Below, in pieces: positions 10,149-18,727 of a DNA stretch of 64,000 nt. The notes beneath the pieces are model-generated. The model saw only the letters and a list, made by a program, of their open reading frames with translations, ran no database searches and was not told the DNA's origin. Numbering within the stretch: position 1 is the stretch's first letter; each line of letters begins with the position of its first letter. Location: assembly GCA_963755915.1 (NCBI GenBank), contig CAVWLP010000003.1:224001-288000 (forward strand), read 5' to 3'. A program made the translations under genes and the position numbers. This DNA comes from an uncultured Phycisphaerales bacterium (lineage in GTDB: Bacteria; Planctomycetota; Phycisphaerae; Tepidisphaerales; Tepidisphaeraceae).

Positions 10149-11553
10149 TCAATAAGCCCGTTCGAGCTTTGCCTGCGGATATCCGTCCGCCAGGATCTGC
10201 TCGAAATTCTCTCCTGCCGCGGCCTGGGCATCGGCGGTCCACTGGCACATCCCCACGCCGTGGCCAAAGCCATGGCCATCGTAAAACGTCACCTGCGAAG
10301 AACCGGGACTGGCGCTGATCTTGCAAAAACTGCTCGGCAGCGTCGGGCCTTTGCCGGAATCGGTGTTCACCACGGCACGAAGCTGCTCGGCAGGCCAACT
10401 ATATTGTGTGCCGCGCATCGACGACCAGCACGCGGTTGGGGCGACCAAAGCGGTTATAGCTTTGGATCTGGATGGTAAGGACGTCGGCCATGCTTTGCTC
10501 TGCGATCGTGCGGCCAATCTGCTCCCCCGTGCGCTGTGCCCAGATGTGAATCCGCCGGGTGAGCTCCTGCTTGGAAATTGTGATCGGGCCCCAGTTAAAA
10601 TATTTACACCCGCTGGAGAGCGTGCCGTGCGACTGCTCCGCCAGCGGGGGAATATAGGGCTCGCCCGGAAAAGCATCCGACGCGGCCTGGGTGACTCCCC
10701 CGCAGCAACTGCTGAAATAGGAGCGGAAAATCGTGCCGTCGCCGGGTCCGTAGGTCAGCACGATCCCCTGCGTCGAGGCGACAGCCTGACGGCCGCTCGC
10801 CGTCTCTGCGTTCATGCCGCCGTACATCTGGCTGCGCTGATCTCCATAGACATCCCACGGCCTGCCCATGCCGCTTGTATGCGTCTCGTAAAGCGCGTAG
10901 GTCCGCGACGCGACGGCCTGGGCCTTGAGCGCCTCGACCGGCCAATCGGGATACATCTCCTTCGTCACGACGCCCGCAAGATAGTCTTCGACGGCAACAT
11001 TGTTGATGACATTGATTCGCCCCCCCGCCAACGGCACCAGGCGAACCGAGCCGCGATAAGTAATTCCGTCGACCGCAATCGGCCCCCCCGCCGTCGGCTG
11101 AAGGTCCAGCGTGCCGGAGCGAAGCATGAGACGCCCAATGCGCCATCCCTGCGGCGTCAGCGAGATGGGAACCGCCATCCCTCCGGGCAAACTCAGCGCC
11201 ACCGGCTGCGAATCAAGCAAAACCTGCGGACTATCGGCCTGGAAATTAATCAGCGACGCCCCCTGCACGATCAGCACGCGCAACTGCGGTGAATTCACCG
11301 CAATCGGCGCAACTGAGTTGTCTTCGCTACATCCAAAGGGAAGCAGGAGAAGGAGTGCCAGTGCTAAAAACACACCAAGCGGAAAGCCCCTCTTGTCCCC
11401 TCCCCTGGTACTCCGGGGGAGGGTGGGGGTGGGGGCTGGAACGCCAATCAGCGAGGATTTTAGTGCAACAATTCGATTCGAATTTCGAGTTTCGAATTTC
11501 GAGTTTCGCCGCAATGGCGCAACGATCTTCCGAAAAACTCTTCCCGGCATCAT
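10149..11553 (-). CDS. SpoIID/LytB family lytic transglycosylase lipoprotein (frameshift ~10410)
   Basis: YRGSVRL, INNVAVEDYLAGVVTKEM, EALKAQAVASRTYA, SQMYGG, GHGFGHGVGMCQW; lipobox-like LLLLPFGC; AAGGAGG RBS before ATG 11553. Confidence 0.88.
11397..11437. repeat. GC-rich palindromic REP-like repeat (CCCCTC...GGGAGGG..GGGGTG.GGG family)
   Basis: cccctcccctggtactccgggggagggtgggggtggggg; related copy at 16230-16271. Confidence 0.6.
11477..11508. repeat. Heptamer tandem repeat (TTCGA[A/G]T) x4.5
   Basis: ttcgaat ttcgagt ttcgaat ttcgagt ttcg. Confidence 0.8.
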
Positions 11554-11592
11554 GGCCTCCTTGCCAAGATTGCGGTCTCTATTTAAGGCGCT

Positions 11593-12498
11593 CTACTCTT
11601 CGAGCTTCCGCAGCGACATGCCAAACGTCGTAAGCTGCTGCTTGATCTCGTTGAGGCTCGTCTGGCCGAAATTCTTGCACCCCAGCAGCTCGTCTTCCGT
11701 GCGGGCCGCGAGGTCGCCCAGGGTGTTGATGTTCAGCCGCTGCAGCGCCTTGCGGCTGCGGACTGACAACTCCATATCGGTCACGTTCTTACCCAGAACT
11801 TCCGGCGGAACATTGCCCGCGATCGGAGCCGTGCGCCGCACCGCCGTCTTCGATTCATCGGCCGCCTGGCCCAGGCGCAAAGCCTTCTGCGCCAGCAGCG
11901 CCTTGATTTCGTTCAGGCTTGTCTCGCCGAAATTCTTGTAGCTCAGCAATTCCTGCTCGGTCGTCTTCAGCAGATCGCCCAGCGTGCGGATGTTCATCTT
12001 CTTCAGGCAATTCCGGCTCCGGACCGAAAGCTCGAAATCCGTGACCGGCACGCTGAGCACCGCGCTGCGGCGATCGCCCCGGCCGTCGAGATCGTCGTCG
12101 TAATGAATGCTCCGCGCCGATTCCACATCCTTCATATAAAGCCGGGCGCGAATGTTGTTGGGGCTGGTGCGAAGAACCGCATCGAGGCAACGATGGGCTT
12201 CATCGTAGTGATTGTTGTCTTCGTATAGGATCGCCAGGTTCATCAACGCATTGAGATGTACCGGCGGGCTGGTGCAGATGCGCTCATAAAGCTCAATCGC
12301 CTTGGCATCCTCCGCCCGGCGATCGTAGAGCACCGCCAGGTGAAACGCCGCCAGCTCGTGGTCCGGGTTTTCGTTGAGGGAGCGTTCGAAAAACTCGATC
12401 GCCTTTTCATGCAGTGCCTGCTGCTCTGCATCGATCCCACGCCGGTAATATTCTTCTGCCGCCCGCTCGTTAATAGAAGAGACTGTGGCTTCGCTCAT
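11593..12498 (-). CDS. TPR protein with two RNA polymerase alpha-subunit C-terminal-domain repeats (planctomycete-type)
   Basis: N-terminal TPRs and two copies of ELSVRSR..L....I.TLGDL....E.ELL..KNFG.TSLNEIK. Confidence 0.9.
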   Translation of the reverse strand: MSEATVSSINERAAEEYYRRGIDAEQQALHEKAIEFFERSLNENPDHELAAFHLAVLYDRRAEDAKAIELYERICTSPPVHLNALMNLAILYEDNNHYDEAHRCLDAVLRTSPNNIRARLYMKDVESARSIHYDDDLDGRGDRRSAVLSVPVTDFELSVRSRNCLKKMNIRTLGDLLKTTEQELLSYKNFGETSLNEIKALLAQKALRLGQAADESKTAVRRTAPIAGNVPPEVLGKNVTDMELSVRSRKALQRLNINTLGDLAARTEDELLGCKNFGQTSLNEIKQQLTTFGMSLRKLEE

Positions 12499-12714
12499 AT
12501 CGTCGTCATTCCAGTGGGAAAAAGAAAGTGTGCTCGTCCCGGCCGGCCGAAACGCAGCCGGGGCGGGAGGGCCTGCATCATAAGTGGCGTGCAGCGGTCG
12601 CGTCAACCGCTGGGGCATCTACCCCCTCCCCACGTCAGTCCAATCGCTTTCGCGCCCTACCCTCAAATTTTTTTCAGAAAATCCGCCGATTTCCTAAAAA
12701 TAGGTACAAAACGT

Positions 12715-14204
12715 TAATCCCGTTCGGCACGCAGGCTTCATCGGAGCATTCCAAAGCTGTGGAGGACGCGAAACAATTGAAGCTTAGATACTTTTACTTT
12801 CCCCTGCTGCACGCCGGCGTCCGCAAGAGCGCAGCATCAACCGCGAGGTCTCCGCGGCGACGGATTCCCCTTCAGTTTACTCCCAGTTTTTTCAAGGCCT
12901 CCGCTCTTGCCCTCAGCTTAATCCCGGTGTTATCCGGCTTGTTCAGGAATCGAAGCACGTCCTGTTCCTCGGCCAGCCCCAGCAGATACCAGCCGATCAT
13001 GTTCCGCATCGCCTTGTTCGGCTTCCTGCCGCTGATCAGCTGAATCAGCACGCAGACGATCAGCGCGCAGTGGATTTGGATGTCGATCCCCTCCTGGCGT
13101 TGGCTCAGCAGGTGACGCATGCCCAGCAGTTGCTTGAAGATCCGGAAGAACAACTCAACGGTGTAGCGGTACAGATAAATCAGGGCGATCAATTCCGCCG
13201 GCAGGTCCAGCAGGTTCGTGTACAGGATGATCAGGTCCGTCGGCTTGTTGCCGCTGCGCGTGCGGCGCGGATGGGGTTTCACCTGCACTTCCACCCGTCG
13301 CACCACCCTATCCGCCGCCGTCTCCAGGCCGTCGAGTTTCACCAGCGCGTCTCGCACCACGCCGCCGTCCAATGCTTCCTGTGAAAGCAATCGTTCTTCA
13401 AACAGCTCAAACACCGAGTTTTCCGCGGCCCGCATCACAAAGGAGCTTTGCGCCGCGGCGATGTCCGCAAAGAGGCTCCGGTCGGCGTAGCCGCCGTCTC
13501 CTACATAGCACCGTCCTGCTTCCAGGCTGCGCCGCAGGACGTTGTTTTCACGGTTGGCCCCCGCGTTGCGAGCGCCAGTGCGGTCGAGGCGATGGACTTT
13601 GAACGTCTCCAGATCGAATTGAACGTGCAAACGCCAGCCATAGACCGCTTTCCCGTCCCGGGAGGTGTTGTAGCGCGCATCGATGCCGCAAGCGGATTTG
13701 GCCAGCCGACTCAGCGCCGTCAGCACCGTCCCGTCGACCAGCGTGATCGCCTGCCCAAAGTCCGCAAGACGCGGATCGGGCGCCTGGGGCAGTTCCCCCG
13801 CCAATTCCTCAATCAGCGGCGTCAAACGCCCCGGCTCGAACACCCGAACCGATTCAGAGAAACTGCCCACGGAAAAACGCTTAATTCCCAGCGCCTTGGC
13901 CACCTTGGGCAGTTCAGCAACCTCCTGAAGATCCCGCAGGGATTGGATCAGCGGATTCCAGGTGTAAAGCAAAACCAGCTTGCAATAATCGTCGAAGTGA
14001 AGCTGGCGGTTCCCGGCTCGATCCCGCTCACAGCCCACATCCCGCAGCGTGGGCAGCAGCGCGAAGACGCGCCGCAGATGTCCGAGGCACAGGATCTCTT
14101 TTTCCTTCAGTCTTGCCTGCACGTCCGGCAGCATGCCATAAAAAGATCAAAGGCGCAATCTCAATATCTTGCTGCTTGCGCGAACCCCGTGCCGAACGGG
14201 ATTA
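12715..14204 (-). mobile_element. Complete IS4-family insertion sequence (1490 bp)
   Basis: Perfect 17-bp TIRs taatcccgttcggcacg (12715-12731; reverse complement at 14188-14204) flanked by the 9-bp direct repeat acaaaacgt (12706-12714, 14205-14213). Confidence 0.92.
12872..14134 (-). CDS. IS4 family DDE transposase
   Basis: LVDGT, YVGDGGY and the Y..RY.VELFFR..K (YREK) signature. Confidence 0.9.
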   Translation of the reverse strand: MLPDVQARLKEKEILCLGHLRRVFALLPTLRDVGCERDRAGNRQLHFDDYCKLVLLYTWNPLIQSLRDLQEVAELPKVAKALGIKRFSVGSFSESVRVFEPGRLTPLIEELAGELPQAPDPRLADFGQAITLVDGTVLTALSRLAKSACGIDARYNTSRDGKAVYGWRLHVQFDLETFKVHRLDRTGARNAGANRENNVLRRSLEAGRCYVGDGGYADRSLFADIAAAQSSFVMRAAENSVFELFEERLLSQEALDGGVVRDALVKLDGLETAADRVVRRVEVQVKPHPRRTRSGNKPTDLIILYTNLLDLPAELIALIYLYRYTVELFFRIFKQLLGMRHLLSQRQEGIDIQIHCALIVCVLIQLISGRKPNKAMRNMIGWYLLGLAEEQDVLRFLNKPDNTGIKLRARAEALKKLGVN

Positions 14205-14365
14205 ACAAAACGTACACCTTTTGGACCTGTATATAATAGATGCATCTTATTTTCGACCCATATACCGCTGCAATCTTCCCCGGATCACCAATCCCAGCTC
14301 AGGGAGAAAATAACTCGCGCTCAAATCCCGGGCATTTCCGGACATTTTCGGACATCCCCGTTTAG

Positions 14366-14408
14366 CGGCCCCGCTCGACTTCGGTGAGCTCGGTCGAACC
14401 GCGGGGCG
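14366..14408. repeat. Intergenic palindromic REP-like hairpin
   Basis: gccccgc...tcgacttcggtgagctcggtcga...gcggggc; preceded by 10-bp-period repeats cgg[g/a]cat at ~14329-14358. Confidence 0.45.
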
Positions 14409-14499
14409 CGTTCCCATGGCCCAAAAACCCAATACATTACTTTAGAAATACACCCGTAAGACTGCTATCGTACCGAGCTTGTCACCCGCACCCGCAAAA

Positions 14500-15392
14500 A
14501 TGGCCTCGATCGAAACAGTCGCGATAGTTGCCAACCCCATCGCCGGCCAAGGCAAGGGCCGGGCCACCGCCGATCGCGTCTGCGCCACCCTCCGGCGAGA
14601 AGGAATGAATGCCATCGAGATTTTCGACCTGACCGCCGATCCGATCGGCCCGCTCAGCTCGGCTGACGCGGTCGTCGCCATAGGTGGCGACGGCACGCTG
14701 CGCACCGTCGCCCGCCGCTGCCTGGCTGCCGGCGGTACGATGCCCCCCCTGCTCCCCGTCCCCATGGGAACCGCCAACCTGATGGGCCGGCACCTGGGAA
14801 TCGACTGGCAGGCCGCCGACCTCGAGGATCGGATCTTTCAGTCCCTCCGCCGCGCACAAACCGCCATGTTCGACGCCGCCCAGTGCAACGGCGAGCTTTT
14901 TCTGCTCATGGCCGGCGTCGGAATCGACGGCCAGATCGTCCACGAGCTCGACCGCATGCGCCGCGGGCCGATCAATTACGCCAGCTACGCCCTGCCCGCC
15001 GCGCTGGCGATCGCGAGTTATCGTTACCCGCCGATCCAGGTCATCGCCGACGAGGAGGAGATTTTTCCCGCGGCGCCCGCGGTGGCGCTCGTCGCCAACA
15101 TCAGCGAATATGGCACCGGCTTTCCCCTGGCGCCCACGCGCGGCCCGACGATGGCATGCTCGACGTCTGCGTGATTCCGGTCGATTCGCCCATCGACGCG
15201 GTCCAGAAATTCCTCCACGCCGCCGCCGGCGAGCACCTGCTTATCGAAGGCGTCGTCTATTCGCGCGCCAAACAAATCGAGATCAGCTCCGCCGAGCCCG
15301 TACCGATTCAAATCGACGGCGATCCCGCCGGCTACACGCCGGTGCGGATCGAGTTGCTTCCCATGCGCGTGCCGTTTATCGTGCCGGTGTGA
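14500..15392 (+). CDS. Diacylglycerol/lipid kinase family protein (frameshift ~15135)
   Basis: IVANPIAG, GGDGT, PMGTANL, AGVGIDG, then PDDGMLDV and QIDGD in the second frame. Confidence 0.88.
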
Positions 15393-16204
15393 GTCAATCT
15401 GCCGATATTCTCCACCGCGACCGCAGCCCACTCTTCGTCATTGCCGGGCCCTGCGTCATCGAATCCGAGGAATTGTGTCTTCTCGTCGCATCGAAAGTAA
15501 AAAAGATTTGCGAGAAGCTCGGCCTTCCATACATCTTTAAAGCCAGCTTCGACAAGGCCAACCGCTCCAGCAAAGACACGTTCCGCGGCCCGGGCCTTTC
15601 AGGTGGTCTGAAGATCCTCGAAAAAGTTAAACGGGAGATCGATGTTCCGGTCCTGACGGACGTTCACGAAACCGCCCAGGCCACTGAAGCCGGCAAAGTC
15701 ATCGACTTATTGCAGGTCCCCGCGTTTCTCGCCCGCCAGACCGATCTGCTATTGGCGTGCGGCGCCACCGGCCGCTGGATCAACGTGAAAAAGGGTCAGT
15801 TCATGTCCCCCGCCGAGATGGCCAACGCCATCGACAAGATCAAATCCACAGGAAACAACCAGATCATCCTGACCGAGCGCGGCACATTTTTCGGCTATAA
15901 CCGCCTCGTAAACGATTTCACAGGGTTAGCGGTGATGAAAGACCTCGGCCATCCCGTCGTCTTCGACATCACCCACAGCACCCAGCAGCCCGCCGGCCAG
16001 GGAAACCAAAGCGGCGGCAACCCCAAATATTCCCCGCTGCTTGCCCGCGCCGCCGTCGCCGCCGGCGTCGACGGCCTCTTCCTCGAATGTCACCCCGACC
16101 CCAAAAACGCCAAAAGTGACGCCGCCACAATGCTCAACCTCAACGAGGTAGAGCCGATCCTCAAGCAATGCGTCGAAATCGCGCGGTTGCGCGCGCGTTG
16201 GTAA
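15389..16204 (+). CDS. kdsA: 3-deoxy-D-manno-octulosonate 8-phosphate (KDO8P) synthase
   Basis: IAGPCVIES, FKASFDKANRSS, LTDVHE, QVPAFLARQTDLL, NVKKGQF, TERG, DITHS, LECHPDP..AKSD; GTG start overlaps the upstream TGA. Confidence 0.95.
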   Translation: MSQSADILHRDRSPLFVIAGPCVIESEELCLLVASKVKKICEKLGLPYIFKASFDKANRSSKDTFRGPGLSGGLKILEKVKREIDVPVLTDVHETAQATEAGKVIDLLQVPAFLARQTDLLLACGATGRWINVKKGQFMSPAEMANAIDKIKSTGNNQIILTERGTFFGYNRLVNDFTGLAVMKDLGHPVVFDITHSTQQPAGQGNQSGGNPKYSPLLARAAVAAGVDGLFLECHPDPKNAKSDAATMLNLNEVEPILKQCVEIARLRARW

Positions 16205-16229
16205 GCACCCAATTTTCTCAAAGCATTTT

Positions 16230-16271
16230 CCCCCTCGCCCTGTACCCAGGGAGAGGGCCGGGGTGAGGGCC
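16230..16271. repeat. Palindromic REP-like repeat
   Basis: ccccctcgccctgtacccagggagagggccggggtgagggcc; same family as 11397-11437. Confidence 0.65.
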
Positions 16272-16348
16272 TTGGAAAAGTCGGAGATGCTATCCGCGCT
16301 CTCCACGTAGACCGCGGCGAGATGTTTTTGAAAGATCGGCCTCGGCTC

Positions 16349-16585
16349 TTATGACCGCAACGCCGCCCTTGCGGCGGTAAAAACGCGCCCCGCCGCAATC
16401 CCGCGGTTTTGCCCCCGGCAATGCGCCTTGATTCGGCGTTCGATTTCCTGGGCCCACGCCCGCTCGATCTCAGCCGGATCATCAGATTCCAGAGTCGAAA
16501 GCAGCGCCGCCGCTAGCTGGCCGCGAACCTTGAGAGGAAGCTTCATGGCCGCATTTTCTTTAGATTTCCGCGTCATAATCGGCAT
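16349..16585 (-). CDS. Putative addiction-module antitoxin (TIGR02574/Unstab_antitox-like)
   Basis: LP...R.QLA..LL.TL......IE.AW.QEIERR pattern; about 75 aa. Confidence 0.75.
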   Translation of the reverse strand: MPIMTRKSKENAAMKLPLKVRGQLAAALLSTLESDDPAEIERAWAQEIERRIKAHCRGQNRGIAAGRVFTAARAALRS

Positions 16586-16598
16586 TCCAAATCACGAG

Positions 16599-18395
16599 TC
16601 ATTTCACCTGAATATGCACATGCCGCCAGATCCAGGTAATCGCAAACACCAGGATCGGAATGGCCATCGAGATCAGCACCAGCCGATACCGCTGCCAGTT
16701 CGCGGACGCCGGGCTCGGTGTCACCAGCCGATCCGCCCGCCCCGTCACCTGCACGGCATCGGGATGATCCAGATCTTGCTTCATGTCCAGCGCGGTCGCA
16801 TATCGCTCCTGCGGAAGCCGCGCCATCGCGTGCAGAATAATCTCCTCCACCTGCGGCGAAATCTTGTCGTTTCGTCGCCGCGGCGCAATCGGATCCCCCG
16901 ACAGGCGGCTGTTCATGATGATGAACGGATTGGCCCCCTCAAACGGCACGCTGCCGGTCACCATCTCATAAAGAATCGCCCCCAAACTGTAGATATCCGT
17001 GCGGGCATCACCGCGCTTTCCCTTCACCTGCTCAGGCGCCATATAGTCCGGCGTCCCCATTGCCGGCGTAAACCCGCCAAACGTGAGCCTTCGCGCGCTC
17101 TCAAATTTCGCGATCCCGAAATCCATAATCCGGATGCTCCCGTCGCTGCAGATCATGATGTTGTCGGGCTTGAGATCGCGATGCACCACCTCATGCTCGT
17201 GCATGTAGTGCAGCGCCTCGCAAATCCGGCTCGCGATCTTGAGCGAATCCGGAACCGGCATCGGCCGGATCGTGTGCATCAGGTGCCCCAGCGTCTGCCC
17301 CTCCAGATATTCCATCACAATATAGGGCCGGCTCTTCTGCATCGACTCATCGTCGAACATCTTCAGGATGTATGGATGCTGCAGCGCCTTGCCGATCGCC
17401 TGCTCGCGCTGGAATCGCTGGAAAAATCCCGGATCAGATTCAAACTGCATGAACGGAACTTTCAGCGCCACGATCCGATCCGCGGTCTGATCGATGGCCT
17501 TGAATATCGACGCCATCCCCGAGCGGCTGATGATGTCGATGATCCGGAACCGGCCGTCCAGCACCTGTCCCACTTCAAGTTCGCTTCCCATGATTGCCGG
17601 GCTCTCTTTCTGGAATGTTGGCAAACCGCGGTAATAGCTCAGCCTCTCAATTGCCTGAACCTGGATGACCTGCACCGAGAGATTGTCATCCGCGCCGCGC
17701 CGCTCGGCTGACCGCACCAGTTGCTGGCACGCATCCTCCGGCGAATTCTTCGAAACGATGTTCAGAATCTCCCCCTCCGTGATCTGCGACCAGAGCCCGT
17801 CGCACATCTGCACGATGATGTCTCCCCCATGAACGCTGATGGTATGGAAATCCACCCGAAGCGTCGGCTCCTGACCAACCGTCCGGGTTAGGACCGACCG
17901 CATCTGGCTGCTCGCCGCCTCTTCAACCGTAATCAGTCCCAGCTTCAGTTGGACTCCCGCATATGAATGATCGTTGGTCACCCTCCGAATGCGCCCCTGC
18001 TGGACGACATAAACCCGGCAATCCCCGACGTGCCCGATGTTCACCTCGTTATGCCGAAAGATGCTCACCGTCAGGGTCGTCGCCATCCGCCCGCTGCCGT
18101 TGTTCCGCATGTTTTCGTCATAGATCGCGATGTTCGCAGCGGTGAACATCTGGTAGAGCGTCTGGGCCGGCGGGGCGAGGGGTTTGGAGTCGAGGAATAT
18201 CTTTAAAGCCGTATCACAGGCCAACTTGCTGGCGACCTCCCCTTTGTGTTGCCCCCCCACTCCATCGGCCAGGATCACAATCGCCCCATGCTTGCGCCAG
18301 TCAGCCTCTGATTTAGGCTGCCAAGTGCCAATGCTGTCCTCATTGTTGGGACGAACGGGACCCGCGGTACTCAGAGCCGCATAGGAAATCTGCAT
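16599..18395 (-). CDS. Bifunctional PP2C phosphatase / Hanks-type Ser/Thr kinase with C-terminal TM helix
   Basis: PP2C motifs RPNNED, ADGVGG, HVGDCR, DHS, CDGL, DDNLS; kinase motifs VALK, HRDLKPDN, DFG, GTPDYMAPE, DIYSLG; hydrophobic C-terminus. Confidence 0.92.
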   Translation of the reverse strand: MQISYAALSTAGPVRPNNEDSIGTWQPKSEADWRKHGAIVILADGVGGQHKGEVASKLACDTALKIFLDSKPLAPPAQTLYQMFTAANIAIYDENMRNNGSGRMATTLTVSIFRHNEVNIGHVGDCRVYVVQQGRIRRVTNDHSYAGVQLKLGLITVEEAASSQMRSVLTRTVGQEPTLRVDFHTISVHGGDIIVQMCDGLWSQITEGEILNIVSKNSPEDACQQLVRSAERRGADDNLSVQVIQVQAIERLSYYRGLPTFQKESPAIMGSELEVGQVLDGRFRIIDIISRSGMASIFKAIDQTADRIVALKVPFMQFESDPGFFQRFQREQAIGKALQHPYILKMFDDESMQKSRPYIVMEYLEGQTLGHLMHTIRPMPVPDSLKIASRICEALHYMHEHEVVHRDLKPDNIMICSDGSIRIMDFGIAKFESARRLTFGGFTPAMGTPDYMAPEQVKGKRGDARTDIYSLGAILYEMVTGSVPFEGANPFIIMNSRLSGDPIAPRRRNDKISPQVEEIILHAMARLPQERYATALDMKQDLDHPDAVQVTGRADRLVTPSPASANWQRYRLVLISMAIPILVFAITWIWRHVHIQVK

Positions 18396-18656
18396 AAAAA
18401 CACGTGAAAACGCGGTTGAGGCGGCGATTTTAGGTTTCCCGGTCCACAATACAAGCGCGATCTGATTTCAGCAGGCTTTTCAACATTTGCTTCGCCACCG
18501 CCCAACATTGCGGCTTTCCCTTTCAACGCCGTAAATATATGCGCACTTTTTAGGCGGGACCCCACCAACCGCCAAATCCCCATAAAAACGGCCGAAAGTT
18601 GATAATCGCCCGACCCCACAGCAGCGGGACGTTTGCAAATTGCAAGTCTTATAGCC

Positions 18657-18673
18657 TTGGCACATATTTTGTA
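18657..18673 (+). promoter_or_regulatory. Sigma54-like -24/-12 promoter of the APC permease
   Basis: TTGGCAC-atatt-TTGTA vs consensus TGGCAC-N5-TTGCW (one mismatch), ~55 bp upstream of the start. Confidence 0.55.
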
Positions 18674-18727
18674 ATTGCGATCATCAACCTCGCGCTCTGC
18701 GTCTTTCATGCCTGAAAAGGAGAGATT

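Noticed and set aside
16428-17711. 427-aa plus-strand ORF
   Set aside because: Antisense shadow of the PP2C-kinase; Arg/His-rich with no motifs, typical of high-GC DNA
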